Assembly (NCBI RefSeq): GCF_009914755.1
Contig: NC_060928.1
DNA length: 64,000 bases
Direction: 5' to 3' (one strand)
Source: the human T2T-CHM13v2.0 reference genome, Homo sapiens
Under the pieces are notes generated by a model. It did not search any database, was not told the DNA's origin, and saw nothing but the letters and a program-made list of their open reading frames with translations. Of this stretch, positions 26,531 to 40,804 are shown in pieces (positions within the stretch are counted from its first letter, which is position 1; the number at the start of each line of letters is the position of its first letter). Made by a program: the position numbers and the translations under genes.

Positions 26531-27414
26531 TTTTTGGAAATTATTCTGACCAAATAACTTTTATCCCTTAGGAACAATGTGAAGGGAATTTTTTAAAAAT
26601 CCAAAAAGCATAAAAGAGATTTGGAAAGATTCTTATTGATCATCTAAGAGTTTTGGAAGATACTCTAGTAATTAATTAATAAGTAAATTAATAAACAATT
26701 TGTATTAATTTAAGGACAGAGGCAATCAACATTGGAAATTTTCCAGCAACACAAATCTTTCAATATATAAACCTAGACTAAAACAAAAACTAATAAAGCA
26801 AAACATATAATTAAAACTTTTCTAAAATATATTATTCATTTCCCTGCCATATGAAACAGAGTAAGGTCAACAAAAAAATGCTTTGTTATGAATTCTGTTA
26901 TTTAATTTCAACACAATGTAAATACACTGAAAAGGGTGGCTGCAGGGCCCAGTCATGCCTTGCCCTTGTCCCCAGACAGTCTGTCCTTTTCACAGTGGCC
27001 AATTATTTTATCTTCCCCATGTCAGCTAGTATTTCAGTATTTTAGCTTCTTCCTTACAAATTTAATTTACCTAAAGTAGGAAAAACAGGATGCTTCCATG
27101 AAAAGCAATATAGGCAAGCTAGTTAAATAAGAAAACCTAATTTTATATACATGTCTAAGTCGACAGACTTGGCCTAAGGATGCCTCCACAGCCCTCCTTA
27201 CAGTAAAATATGTAGGCTATTTTTCTGGAGCTTTTCTTTGTTGTGTCAAGGTTTGCATGCATATACTGATGTTGGTTAATATAAATCTGACATCTGAATT
27301 AGTGATGTGTTCCTGATATTCTTCTTATGAAGGAACTGTCAAGTTTTGCCTGCACTGTGTGGATTGCAAGGAAGAAGAGGAAGAAGCTTCTCTATTTGGG
27401 TTTTCTAGCTATAC

Positions 27415-27468
27415 AGTATCTGTGATGTGCAATACAGCAAAGTGCAATAGAATAAGGTATGCCTGTAT
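27415..27468 (+). mobile_element. Tigger1 terminal fragment
   Basis: tatctgtgatgtgcaatacagcaaagtgcaatagaataaggtatgcctg followed by ta matches the Tigger1 TIR end as recalled. Confidence 0.6.
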
Positions 27469-27595
27469 TTAATATGACTTAACATGCTTACACTTTGGTT
27501 TAAAGAGAAGCACTTAAAATATATTGAAAGATTTTTATATAGTGGTATGTAGAAAATTGGGATTAATAGTTAAAGCACAGAGCTTGAAGATGCTA

Positions 27596-27686
27596 ATACA
27601 CACATACATATATACACACAAACATGCACACATACAATATATATATATATATTTATGAAGATACACACTACATATATTTGTATGTG

Positions 27687-27736
<50 letters not shown>

Positions 27737-27739
27737 TAT
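27596..27739. repeat. Compound (CA)n/(TA)n/(TG)n microsatellite
   Basis: Includes a pure (TA)n run at about 27694-27726. Confidence 0.9.
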
Positions 27740-28582
27740 CTTGATAAGTTGCCTTCCTAGATCAAAGAAAGGGTGATCATATTTTAAATGGTCTCAGAGA
27801 ATCACTGAAATACAAACATGAAGTTTTAAAAGCTTCCAAATAATAAAAACTATCAAGGAAAAGCATCTCCTACAAACTTATATTCTCTTTTTTATTTCTT
27901 ATAACTAGACATTTAAATGCTTTTATTTTAAAAGAGAATTAAAAAATAAAAATAAAAGAGAATGATAATGCTGTTCCCTTCTAATCTGGAGGTGGGCATC
28001 ACCTGATTAAGCTTCCCAGAAAAGTCCCTGGTCTGGTAATATCTGTGGAAACCCTGGTGAAGCAAAAGAGTTCTTGTGAATCCATAACTTGGTTTTGCTT
28101 TAAACAGTGAGATGGTGATGCTGGTTATTACAACATCTCCAATTTCCAATATAGAAAACAGAACAGGATACGGGTATAGGCCAGGGAGATGATTTCTCCA
28201 TAGTTGCAGTAACCTCAGTAATTTTAAGGATTGTTTTTTAGCCATAATGGAGACTTGAAAAGGGTCTAAATAGTTTTTAATCTTCCCTGTTTTCTTAATA
28301 CAGAAAGAAGACACTATCAAAGACAAAACTCAACATAATAAAACCATCTTGCCCCATACATTGAGAGTGATGTGGCTGGATCATTGTTTATCCCACTGAC
28401 TGACAGTTCTGGCTGATTCATCCTCTGTGGTACCTGTGTGCTTGTCTCCTTTTATCTTTTTTTATTTATCACTTTGTCCTATGACACTGAAAAAGGAATT
28501 TCCCAAATGGTTTTTAAATAGAGAAGTGCATTTTGCACTGTGGTTTACGGGCTATTGTAGGAAGAACCACATCCTTCAGCTA

Positions 28583-28876
<294 letters not shown>

Positions 28877-30381
28877 TTAGTACGAAGCAAAAGATATAAC
28901 TATACATAAAGAGAAATGATAAATTAATATCACTACATAAATCAACACATTAAGTTAATGCAAAATATTTAGGTTATTTATACTATTAATAAATGCTTAA
29001 AAGCCAAAGAAAAATGAGCAATGATAATTAATAATAGTCTGAATTGAGTGTCGTCTACACGTGTTTCATATAGAGAATCTCATTTACTTCTTGTAAGAAT
29101 TTCTTGTTAGTATGCTCTCCAAATAGTTGTGGAAAGCAAAGATTGGAGAAAGCAGGTAACCTTAAGACAATACAGGTATTACATAACAAAGCCAAGTTTT
29201 CAACCACAGAAGGAATCAGCTCCTATAATAGCCAGAGCTGCTAGTCATGATTCCCATGCTTTCCTCTTAGAGACATCTTTTTTTAATGTCTATTAGAGCT
29301 GGTAAGCTTAAACACCATATGTGAAAATAGCATTTTAAAGCAAACTCCTAAAGGACACAAAGATATAAACGCCTAAGAACTTGGCATTTCTATGTTCTGT
29401 TGACATTTGAAATCTTTTCTTTTATCTCTATATTTGGTTTTGGTGAAAATTTGAGACCATTTTTTTGTACCTAGTGAACATTGTTGTTTTATTCTGTCTT
29501 GTTTTGTTTTTAAAAAAGCTCCTTCCAACTACATTTTTTAAATTCCCCAATTTTAAACTTTACTGATATCAGTCTTTTCCCCCTTCTTCTTTCTGCTTTT
29601 TCTTCTTCTTCCCTTCCTTCTCTTTCTTTTCTTTCTTCCTTTTCCTTTAAATCATGGCAAAACGATCTTTTCATTCCTGGTTTCACATCCTAGAGATCTG
29701 ATCTCGAAGACAATGCCAGAATTTTTTCAAAAAGAAGTGGCAATTCCTTCTCTCTTCCCATCTGCATTCTCTGTAATCGCTTATTTTTAAAAAAATTCAT
29801 GAGAAAGAAGAAATTTTCTCTTCATTTTAGAGCACCAAAATCTTCTTTTCCTAGCAGGAAACAGGGGTTCTTCCTTCTCCTGCCCACCTATCTCTGTCTC
29901 ATCTGGAGATTAGTCATGTAAACATTTGCTTGGCAACTGACTTCTTCAGGAAGTTAATTTACAAACCTCCATAGAGAATTTATTACTTTACCAAAGAGCA
30001 AACTTTTTTAAGAGAAACCAAAATGATTTCACAAACATTTTCAAAAGTAAACAAAAATGAATGAAGCAGAGGAAGAGCACACTTGAAAGGATCTAACTTC
30101 CAATAAAGAATTATGAAATATTGTATCTTAAATAAATGGCTTCATCTTGCTCCATATGTTTGAGTGCCAGGGCATTGTGCAAATCCAGAAGGTAGATTTG
30201 CATATAAAAAGTATATTTGTAGTTCATAAAAGCATCTTTGGACAAAAATTTTGAGATTCAAGATAAAAACCTAATCTGCAAAAAACAAAATGTGGACTGG
30301 CAAAACACTAATTTACTTTGAGTAAGTATAATACAATTCAAAATGAGGCAGGAGAAAAAGGCTTTAAAAGATATGAAAGTA

Positions 30382-30744
<363 letters not shown>

Positions 30745-31529
30745 CTAACTGCCACTAAGCTTGCTGACAAAGTGATGCTCAATAAACATCCACTGATGAT
30801 GCTAAAAATAAGATGTTCGGAAAGAAAGTAATATCTTAGAGATGCCCACAATTTTGAACCAAATATATCCTTCTGCATAATAGAACTTCATATCTGAAGC
30901 AGAAAATAATATTGAGCAGATTAACACACTCTGTCCCCAGATGATTTTGTTTCCTCACATACATAGCTAAAGCTGTAAAGTGCCCTCTAGAAATGTTTAT
31001 TTGAATCTATAAATGACTCTTTTATTACTTAGCTACTCAAAGTAATTATGATATGATAATAAGTGATATTTTAAGTTCTTTTTGAAAACAATAATGCATT
31101 CTGATAATATTATACAGAATTAAAAATCCGAAGTACAGAAGTACAGAAACTCTTCGGACATGACTGTCTGTACTTGTTAAAGATCAGTTAGATAGTAGCA
31201 GTGAACCATTTGAAGTTCACTGCTAAGTCAAATTTGACTTTGAAGTTTAAAGTCAAATCATCATTATCAAATATGGAATGTGAATACAATGGATTTGATT
31301 TTTTTAAATGCACCTATAAGGCACAACAATAATCTAGTCACTTAGAAAGTAACGAAGCATACTGAAATTTCTTCTGTGAAGGTAGATGATACAAAACCCA
31401 GAAGCCTTTTGCCTTTGAACGATTCTACCATTCCCAAGTAAAATAAACCCCCATCACTTGGGTTTGGCCATTCCAGTGACAACTACATGTTAGCTTATCC
31501 TGCTTGCTTACTCATTTACATTGTATTAT

Positions 31530-32900
31530 GAGGTCAAGAAACGGCTCACTGTGGAGGTCACATTCAAGTTGACACCTGCATAAGAAGAAGTGTCAGCAAT
31601 AAGGCCACATTGGGAGTAGAGAGTGGTGGAGAGAAAGAGAGAAGGTCAGAGAGGTCAGTAAAGTCCAGACCATGCACAGCTTCAGGTCAGGTGAAGAATG
31701 GGAAGCTATTGGCAGATTTTAAGCAGGGGAATGTCATGATCTAATGTTTTCAAAAGACCACTCTAGCAGGAGTGTGGTGGAGTGAGAGTGGGTGTGGGAA
31801 GAGCAGTTATATGACCATTTAAGCGATCTTAGCAGACATGATGGCAGCTCTGCAATGAAGACCAGGAGATGAACACGGGATACATTTTGGAGTTGTAGCT
31901 GATCGGGCATACTGATGGATTAGAGGGGGGTAGCAGTAAGCAAGGTAAGACTCAAGGCTGCCTTGATGTTATTTGCTGAATGGAGGAAAGGCTGTGGGAC
32001 GAATATTGGGGATAAGAGAGGAGTAGGGGTGAAGCAAGAGTCCAGTTTTGGGTTATATTAACCTTGGGATGTCTGTGATATATCCAAGTAGACACATCAA
32101 GGAGGCAATTGGATCTAAAAACTTTCAGCTTGATGGAGAGGCCAGTGCTGGATTTATAAATTGAGTAGCCGTTGGGTTATTGCTAATGTTTAAAGCTGTA
32201 AGACTGGGTCCAGGTTGAGAGTGTGGCTGAAGTGCACCTAGGACCCAGCCTTTGGGCACCTCACCACTGAGAGTTTGGAAAGAGAAAGCAGCCTGCAAAG
32301 AAGACTGAAGTGCTCCAGTGTGGAGAAAAACCACAGAATATGGCATCCCGAAAGTCACAAGCACAAAATGTTCAAGAAGATGAGAGCGTTCAACTTGGTC
32401 AAATGCTGTGAAGACATCTAGGAAGCTGGGAACAGAAACATAACTATTAGATGTGATAAAAATAGGGGTCATGGGTGACCCTAAAGAGGCATTTCAGTAA
32501 GTATGGGGGCTGGAAACCTATTTAGAGTCAACTGAGGCAAAAATGAAATGTGAAAATATTAAGACAGCACTTTTCTTGCTGTCTTGGGTAGATCAAAATG
32601 GGGTAGAACCTGGAAGGGGATAAGATGTCAAGAAAAAAGTTTGAGTAGAAATGAATACCAGTGAGATCGATCCAATGAAAAAGGAGAAATTGATGGTGTA
32701 GGAGAAAAGCAAATTTAACTGCAGGAGGTTAAGTCTTGGGAGCAGGTAAGGGGATGAGATGCAGAGCACAAGCAGAGGGACCATGCTTAGATGACAGTAG
32801 GAACTCTCCACCCATCGCATTGGGAGGAAAGTCACAGCATGTGAGTTTAGGTTGGCATATTTTGGGGTACATGATGAGAGGTTATTTTGAAACTAGACAG
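31530..32900 (-). mobile_element. L2 remnant including reverse-transcriptase region
   Basis: ORF 32125..32472 contains LDVFTAFDQVERSHLLE and VPKGWVLG, decayed versions of the non-LTR RT motifs LDLSAAFDTVDH and GVPQGSVLG. Confidence 0.8.
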
Positions 32901-35200
32901 AGCATATGTGTACTATGGGATATCAAAGCCAGTGTACATCAATTGTATTAATGAGTATACACAAATATATCGATCACCATCTTAAAGACACGAATAAGGC
33001 AGTAGAGAGAGGGATTTGAGGATATATCTTAGACATTGTTTTTGCCTGATTTGATTCTTCCATTTCTACCCATTACATTTTCATATACTGAAGATCTATG
33101 ACTACCAGTTAGATAATTTTATAATGCAACCAGACAGGGAGCCAAACTCAAAATCTATTTTCCTTGAGAAGTTCTATCCTATCGTCTTAGTCTTCTCTGA
33201 TTTTTTCTTGACCTCTAGGCTGCACCTCACGGTACAGCCGGCACTCGATCATTTCATATTTGTCTCCTGCTCATAGGTCTTATTGTCTCAAATAGATGTT
33301 AAGGCTCCAGGATGGGGCCAAGTATTTTACAATAAAATATCATTGTCTCTCCCACTGTGAAAAACCTAGTATTAGATATAAAGTGAGTACTTAATAAATG
33401 TTTGTTGATCAATTTATCTTTTTAGAGCTGAATGGCTATAAAGAGTTTGATGCAGTAATTCCCTGGCTAACAGACTATGCATAATTCTTCATGGCACCTG
33501 CTGGGCATTGCTGGGAGATGCTGAAATCATTCATCAATTTTCTCCTTTTTATGCTATTCAATTAGTCTGTCTAGGGCAAGGTCTAGAATGTGTATCAATC
33601 AAAAGCATAATAATGACCTGTGTACAAGCTATCTCCATACTAATGATTTGCATCCACTATCTTACAGAAAGAGCTTTGGTCTAAGAAAGCACTGAAGTGC
33701 AGGAAACTTTAAGGAGAATATTGTAGTAAGGCCTGAGAATTACCCAGAGTTACTGTTGTCAATAGTGTAATGATGAATTTGAAATCAATTTGGCAGTATC
33801 TTTAGTGGAAAAATAATATTAAGAGAATACTCATCACTATAGCCTATTTTGCATTGTCTTAGATAAAATTTTTCTTCAGCCTGCACTGAAAACTTAAATG
33901 TCAGTAGACTTTTAGTATATGGACTTCTAGTTTGTTGAAATTATGTGTAGCATGTTTAGTTTTTAATTTAATTCCAATTATTAAGCCAATTAAAACTATT
34001 TGGATATAATATTTAAATCAGAATCCAAATACGGCATACATATATTTTTCTTTTAAGAAGTAGTTGTACTATAATACAATATTGGCCTTAAATTTTATCT
34101 AACAGTTTATCACGGAAAGTTAAATAATTAATCATCAGAATAGCATTTAGCCAAAAATCCCACGTACCATATACATGGTAGTCTATAGAGCTCTGCAGAA
34201 GTGAGTGATTACAGCTACTGTAAAATTTTGTCATTCTATAAAGTAGTTATTGACAAAATAAATGACTGTGTTTTTCCATGTTATATGCAAATTGACAAAG
34301 ATAATATCTGATAAAATGGAAAACACCAAGAGACTTAGAACTTTAGAATATATCAAACCTACACCAAAATATCATTAGCAACACCCTTTCAGTAGAATCC
34401 CACAGCATTAGACAAATTAATAGAGAGAATCTTTTACAAACATTTGTTGCATAAAATATTTTAATTGAAACAATTAATGAATTCCATAAGATACGTGTAA
34501 ATTTACAAGATTTCCATTTTTCAATACTTACATGAAAAGATGTGATAACAGAGCCACTAAGTATAGGTAAGAAATATTAAACTTGTTTAGCTATTATTCT
34601 AAGTTTCTATTCATTTCTCACTAACCTACATTGATTTTTGTACTGCTTTTATTCATCCCATAAATTAGATTCTAACTGGTGATAAAATGTCAAAGTTTGT
34701 ATCGTTCATCTAAAAAATAAATCTAGACAATTTGGAATTATTTAAAAATTAACCAATAAAGTATGATCCATTGGTTCTTTTGTGAGTGCTTGGGTGGAAA
34801 AGGAGACATATTAGTACATTAGTAAGGTGTTTCTTTTTCTTTAATCACCAGGAGAAAAGATATATAAATCTGTTTCTTAAAGCTTTTTTCTTTCCCATGG
34901 AGACAACACACCTTAAAATGAAGGTTAACAAGCAATTAATAGCACAGACTTAACTAAATATTGCAAATGTGATAGTATAATATCTTGGTAAATATGGGAA
35001 TTTTGAGAGCCATAAAATTAAAGACTTTGATATGTGTGAGATCAATAGACATGACTTATCACTATTTAATATGAGCTTTAATTTTTAAATGCCATGTTCC
35101 AATGAAAAAGTATATTACACAGGAAAATTGAAATTTCAATAAAGAATCAAGACAAAAGAAACAAACTTTATATTAAAGTACCTTTAAAGGTTGTACTTAC

Positions 35201-35284
35201 GCAGCAACTTCCTCTTTTGATAATCCTTTGAAATTTACCTCTAGATAATGATCTATGTCATCTTTTTCTTTGATCAATTGAGAC
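35201..35284 (-). CDS. TTC29: TTC29 coding exon c.93-176 (84 nt, phase 2-2)
   Basis: Acceptor tttcatttag|GTCTCAA; encodes (R)SQLIKEKDDIDHYLEVNFKGLSKEEVA(A); donor GC|gtaagt; frame consistent with both neighbours. Confidence 0.93.
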
Positions 35285-36779
35285 CTAAATGAAATAGAAA
35301 GAAATAATAAAGCACAGCCTTATCAAGTTGAAAAGCTACCAAACACATAAAATGCCACCAGGAGAATAGAAATATTCAGGGTATAATACCATATGTAATA
35401 AACGCAATAGCTATAGAGTTAGGTCGTTGGTTGATCATTTCAAAATTTTATCTTTCCTGAATGGAAAATGATAAGGAAGAATATTAAACCCAGTGTGTAA
35501 ACAAATAAAACACCAACACCTTGAAATAATTCACTTTCTACTCAAGAGTCTTCTCAAAGCTTACAAGACCTTCTATTTTGCTCACATTTTTTCGTGGTGT
35601 AACTTTCCAACTGCTGAAGTTATATATTGTTTGGCACAGAATCCTGAGCCAAGAACACCTGTTTGATTCAAATGTGTAACGTGAATTTATTCCAAACATT
35701 ACTCAATTTTGTCCTGAAATGTTCTTTGAATAGTTTTTTTAATCACACATAAAACTCAAATTATTAAAGGTTCAAGGTGCAAAATGATTTTAAGAAGCCC
35801 TTATTGAAAATGTATTATACTTGTAGTGCGTTCATTCTTCACACCCTTTTGCACCTTTAAAAATAAGCATGCTATCAACCTCTCATAACTATGATGATTG
35901 ATATGGAACTAAACTAATATCAGTGTTTTATTCAGAAGCTATTAAAGAATGTTGATACAAACTTTGCCTTTTGTGGGTATGATAAAAATATTTTTCTTCA
36001 ATAAAATGAATACAAGAAAACGTTTTCTTTAAAACTCATCCTAACCTAAGGATATGAGATTTGGCTATGCTTTTGCTCACCTTGAAAACAAAATATAAAT
36101 TAAATCCTTTAAAAAGACAGAAAGAATAAGCTTTTTCAGACTTCATAAATATTTTACATTATTCAAAAGTAAAACAAAAATATGTATGTATATATATTAT
36201 AGTGTACACACATGAATTATGCATTCATTGAAAGATTTCTCCGCTATAGGAAAAGAAAATTTTGATTTACTATTTTTAAAGAATTTTTATGTTAGTTTAG
36301 CTGAATGTATTTATTTTGTTCCAGGGGCTTTGGTATTTCCTAGAAATACTAAAAATGAGGCATGAGAACAAAGAAACCTCCTAATACTTTGATCATTATG
36401 CCTTGCAGGAATGGAAAAGTAGGCATATAAAGAAAATAAACCTACGTATGCAAACTATTTATATTGGTAACTAATATGTATGTTACTAAAAGTCAATAGA
36501 ATTACAAATGGCAATTTCAAAATAGCACAATCAGTTAATATGATAATTATGACAAAATGTATCAATTTCTCTGTCCTGCATTTCCTCAGTGACAATTTGA
36601 GTAGCTCAGCAGCCATTCATGGGCAGCAGCAGTTTGATGATGCATTTTCAAGCCCCAGCATCATTTCAGGAGCTGATTCTTGCCTGCCAATCTACCCTAC
36701 AAGTAAGGCTCTACCCTCCTTCTTCCAAAACAGAAGTCAGCCCTTGGGACCTTGTAGATTAAAAGCATTACACCTTTCA

Positions 36780-37072
36780 GTCTGGGCATGGCGGCTCATC
36801 CCTACAATCCCAGCATTTGGGGAGGCCAAGGCGGGTGAATCACTTGAGGCCAGGAGTTCAAGACCAGCCTGACCAACATGGTGAATCCTGTCTCTACTAA
36901 AAATACAAAAACTTAGCTGGGCATAGTGCTGCGTGCCTGTGGTCCCAGCTACTCAGGAGGCTGAGGCACGATAATTGCTTGAACTCAGGAGGCAGAGATT
37001 GCAGTGAGCTGAGATCACACCACTGCACTCCCGCCTAGGTGACAGAGTAAGACTCTGCCTTAAAAAGAAAAA
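36780..37072 (+). mobile_element. Alu (AluS/J-like) with 19-bp TSD
   Basis: Flanks aaaagcattacacctttca / aaaagctttacacctttca (1 mismatch). Confidence 0.95.
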
Positions 37073-37410
37073 AGCTTTACACCTTTCATTCCCAAAGCTT
37101 CTGCTTTCTGTTCTCCATACACATTTAAAACAGGAAACTTATCTCCAAAACTCTACGGGAACCATGATATAATTGCAACAGGAAATAAAATGATGAAATA
37201 AGCACTAGGTTAATAAATAAATAAATATATTTGCAGTATTTGAATGTGGTTCATAAATCCTTTTGAAACAGCAGATTTCAATATTCTCAATATAACAAGG
37301 CATTTTTCTCTTCTCTTGAAATGATTTTATTTTCTGAGATACATTATTGACATTTCTTATTACAGAAAATTCCTTCTGTAGGAAAATAAGTAAAAACCAG
37401 GGGCACGTAC

Positions 37411-37502
37411 CTTGGAATTTTTCTGGAGGAGCAAGGCAGCTTCTGTCTGGCTAAGGCTGTAAGCTTCGGGCGTGTCATGGGCAGTGGGGGCAGGGTGGTC
37501 AT
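37411..37502 (-). CDS. TTC29: TTC29 first coding exon (c.1-92; whole exon 37411-37508 including 6 nt of 5'UTR)
   Basis: Acceptor tttttgtag|TCCGAAATG; ATG at 37502-37500; encodes MTTLPPLPMTRPKLTALARQKLPCSSRKIP plus AG; donor AG|gtacgt. Not in the ORF track. Confidence 0.93.
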
Positions 37503-38079
37503 TTCGGACTACAAAAAGAAATAAGTAGAAATTGTATTTTAAGGAATAAATCTTTCAAAGGATCCTTTAAGACATTATTAGAGATTTACAGTCTGTCATC
37601 TTAGTTGAGAATGCCTATGTGTAGTGCTACAGCTGTGTTATTCGGGAATCATGCTCAGTGAGTGGATTCTGCAGGTTGCTTCTCTCATTATTTTCTTCCA
37701 TTGTCTGCTTTTTGGCCAACTTATTATTTGTCTGTATCTTCAGCACAAAGTAGATAAGAAGAAAATTTGATAAATGCATTGATGGTTCAGTTGGCATCTT
37801 TGGTAAGAGTTTTGTAAGGGACATGATTGCAATTAAAGAATAAAGATTTTAAGGATAGCTATGGATTTCCAATGTTTATGTGTTGCTTTCCTGTTACAAT
37901 CAATAATTGAAAATTGCTTATACTTGCTGTTTTCTAAAAGCCTTATCGCTCACAAATAAAGGCTTTCCCTTAGATGTGATAGATGATAAGAACAATTCTC
38001 AACAAGGAGACAGCTACCCTGAGAAAGCACACAGCCATAACAATATAATGAATCACTTCAAAATGTACTGTTTTTTAAA

Positions 38080-38622
38080 AGTTGTTTAAAACAACTTTAT
38101 CTCACACTTTACATGGTTCAGGAATAAGGACAGGGTATCATAGGCATGGATTTTTTCTCCTCCATGATGATGGGAGCCTCTGCTGAGAAAACTCAGAAGC
38201 TGTAGTAACCCAATGACAGGGGACAGGAATCACCTTGAAGTGTCTTCACTCACTTTTCTAGTGGTTGATGCTGTTAGCTGGGACTCAACTGGGGCTATCT
38301 GCCAGAACTCACACATGTGGTCTCCTCATGTGGCATGGACTCCCTCACATCATGGCAACCTAAGACTTCTTATATAGCAGCTCCAGGCTCCAAAGGCAAG
38401 TATTTTAGAGAAAAGCCAGGCAGAAGCTTTATCCCCTTTTAGGGTCTAACCTTGGAAGTCACATAGCATCCACTTCTACTGTAATAACAAGTTCACCCAG
38501 ATTCAAGGCAAATGAATACAGAACCACCTATTGATAGGAGAGTGTCAAAGTTTCATTATAATAAAAGAATATGGCATGGGAGATATTATTGCAGCCCTTT
38601 TTGGAAAATGCAGTGTGCCAGA
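38080..38622 (-). mobile_element. MaLR MLT1-type solo LTR
   Basis: tatctcacactttacatggttcaggaat...ggtctcctcatgtggc...ttggaagtcacatagcatccacttc...tttggaaaatgcagtgtgcca. Confidence 0.7.
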
Positions 38623-38964
38623 GTGGTGAGCAATTAGGAAGGCAAGTCTATAAAATCAAATTATCTAAATCCTATTCCAAAGAGGAAGAAGTGTGGACAT
38701 GACATCTGTGAACTTAGAATAGAAAAATTGTTACATGGTGCAAGGGCTGTCAGATACAAAAGAACCCATGCTTCTGTTAAATAGAGAGGCATCCAAAAGG
38801 CCAGGGGCTCCTGATCCCACCCCGTCTATGTCCACCAGGTTTGACCTGTACTCTTAGCTTCACCAAGAAGCTGAAAGGCTTGTTTTAGGTTTTAAATGGC
38901 TTATCTTCAGCATTACTACCTGTGTGACCCAGGGAAAATCACAATAAAATCTGGGCCTTGAATA

Positions 38965-39560
38965 TATTCAGCAGATATTTAATGAGCTCCTATTTGGTGC
39001 CAGGCACTGTTCTAGGTGCCAAAGATACAGCAGTGAAGAAAAAGACAAAACTCTCTGATTTCACAGACTTTGCAGTATGGGGGTAAATAGGGAGAAAGAC
39101 ACTAAACAAATAAGCAAAATATATAGAACCTCAGATGTTGATAAGATTCTCTGCTGGAAAACAAAGCAGAGCACTAGAAACTACCCAGATGCTCACCAAT
39201 GGCAAAGGGATGAGTAAAAGCAGAAGGAGACAAGCTCAAAGACGTTATGGAGAATTTTGTTCGGTGTCCCAATAGTGTAATGTCTTGATGGTTACTCTAA
39301 AAACTGGCTTTTATTCTTATTGAGGTAAGAATCCATTGGAGGATACAGAGCATAGAATTGACACGATCTGACTTGCATCCTGAAAAAATCACTCTGAGTT
39401 TTTCTTTCAGGTTAGACTGTAGTGGGGGAAAGGGTAGACAGCAGAGAGGCCAGCCCAAAACCTCCTGTGAAATACAGGGGAGAGAGAGTGGTGGCTTAGG
39501 TAGGAGTAGAGAAGGAGAGATGTAGTCAAACCTGAAATAGAACCACCTGTGGATAGCTAA
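38965..39560 (-). mobile_element. L2 3' fragment
   Basis: attcagcagatatttaatgagctcctatttggtgccaggcactgttctaggtgc L2 tail signature. Confidence 0.7.
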
Positions 39561-40190
39561 GACACAATATTCCTCTAGTGCTACAAAGCCATGGTGGAGG
39601 TAGGGGTGCAGAAGCACTAAGACGAGAGAAAATCTTCTGAAATTCAGTGTAGAAATAGACAGCTTTGTGTTACTGAAAAAGATTATTATCCTGGCCTAAA
39701 AATAATTTTTTACATAATTAAAGAGAATTCTAATGGAGATCAGTGGTTTATTTTAAATATAACAGAATCCTAGTACTACCAGTTTATCAAGGCATGATAT
39801 GATCTATGAAACAAAATGCCCACTTATTTTATGCAGTTAAGGCATTAAGAGTGGAAGTTAATGAACATTAATTGGAAAGCAAAGGGTCTACCCTTTAAAG
39901 GGTCTATGCTTTAAAGTGCACAATCTAAACAGCAAATGTTAGTCCTCTCCTACAGACTAAACATTAGAAACATACTATATTACCCTTTATAACTTCATAA
40001 CGTAATGACAATTTTTTTAATTTAAAAAATCTATTTTTCTGATTAGATGTTATATTAAACAGTTGAGTTACTGGAATAACAAGAACTTACTAAATGGCAG
40101 CATCATACAGAGCATATGGTAAGAAGTTATAACTCATGTGAGGTTTGAAGGGACACCAAAGCTCCCCAAACGGGCCTCCCAAGAGCTTAC

Positions 40191-40262
40191 TTCAGAGGAG
40201 CTGTGAAGACTTTTCCACAGAGTTCCAGAGTCTTCCAATGTTACAGTGAACATCGGAATCAT
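40191..40262 (-). CDS. TTC29: Alternative cassette exon coding part: N-terminal extension MIPMFTVTLEDSGTLWKSLHSSSE (whole exon probably 40191-40291)
   Basis: ATG at 40262-40260, 24 open codons, donor GAA|gtaagc. Joining to TCC GAA ATG of the next exon stays in frame (+26 aa). Pyrimidine-rich acceptor tttcttctctccctttttaaatttactag|G precedes 40291. I recall a longer TTC29 isoform with this N-terminus. Confidence 0.75.
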
Positions 40263-40776
40263 CTAAGTTCTTAACCCACACCAGTGTAGCCCTAGTAAAT
40301 TTAAAAAGGGAGAGAAGAAAACAACTAAGTTTGCCTCATTTGGGGCATTCCATCCTCTATAAATTTTAGACTCTTTTCTAAAAGCCCCACTTTACTTGCC
40401 AAAGCATTATGCAGTGGGCACTGGGGCCAGGGTAATCTCTTCATAATTGCAGGGGTCTTTGAAGAGTTCACCCAGGAGCTTCAAAATGAGGAACAGTGCT
40501 TGCAATTTCCTTGAATACTAAGAACATCCAGCTATTTGTAGACAGATAAAAGAGAGCAGCCCCCAGAGGTGCTGATCCAGCCAAGATAGCTCATCCAGGT
40601 GCGTATAACTCCCCACCAAAGTTGGCATACCAGCATGTTATATAAAATTTATCCTTTTTGATGTTTACTTGAGTTCGATGATTTTTGTTAGAAAATGTAA
40701 GCATGGAATAGAAACCAAATGCAAATGACATACATGGAGAGGGATATGTCTTCTTTGTCATACAGATCAACTGTGC

Positions 40777-40804
40777 TTTTTTTTTTTTTTTTTTTTTTTT
40801 TTTT
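40777..40804. repeat. Poly(T)28 tract
   Basis: Uninterrupted T run. Confidence 0.95.

Noticed and set aside
27240-27410. Stretch translating to SSYEGTVKF...KEEEEEA, faintly WD40-like (processed pseudogene fragment?)
   Set aside because: Too short, has an in-frame stop, no poly(A) or TSD; I cannot name a parent gene.
27928-28326. 132-aa minus-strand ORF, the longest ORF without an obvious repeat origin
   Set aside because: No recognisable domain, non-ATG start, low-complexity end and weak splice sites; this length is plausible by chance in 64 kb.
34891-34904. Intronic X-box-like TTTCCCATGGAGAC
   Set aside because: Lacks the leading G of the left half-site and is far from the promoter; insufficient support.
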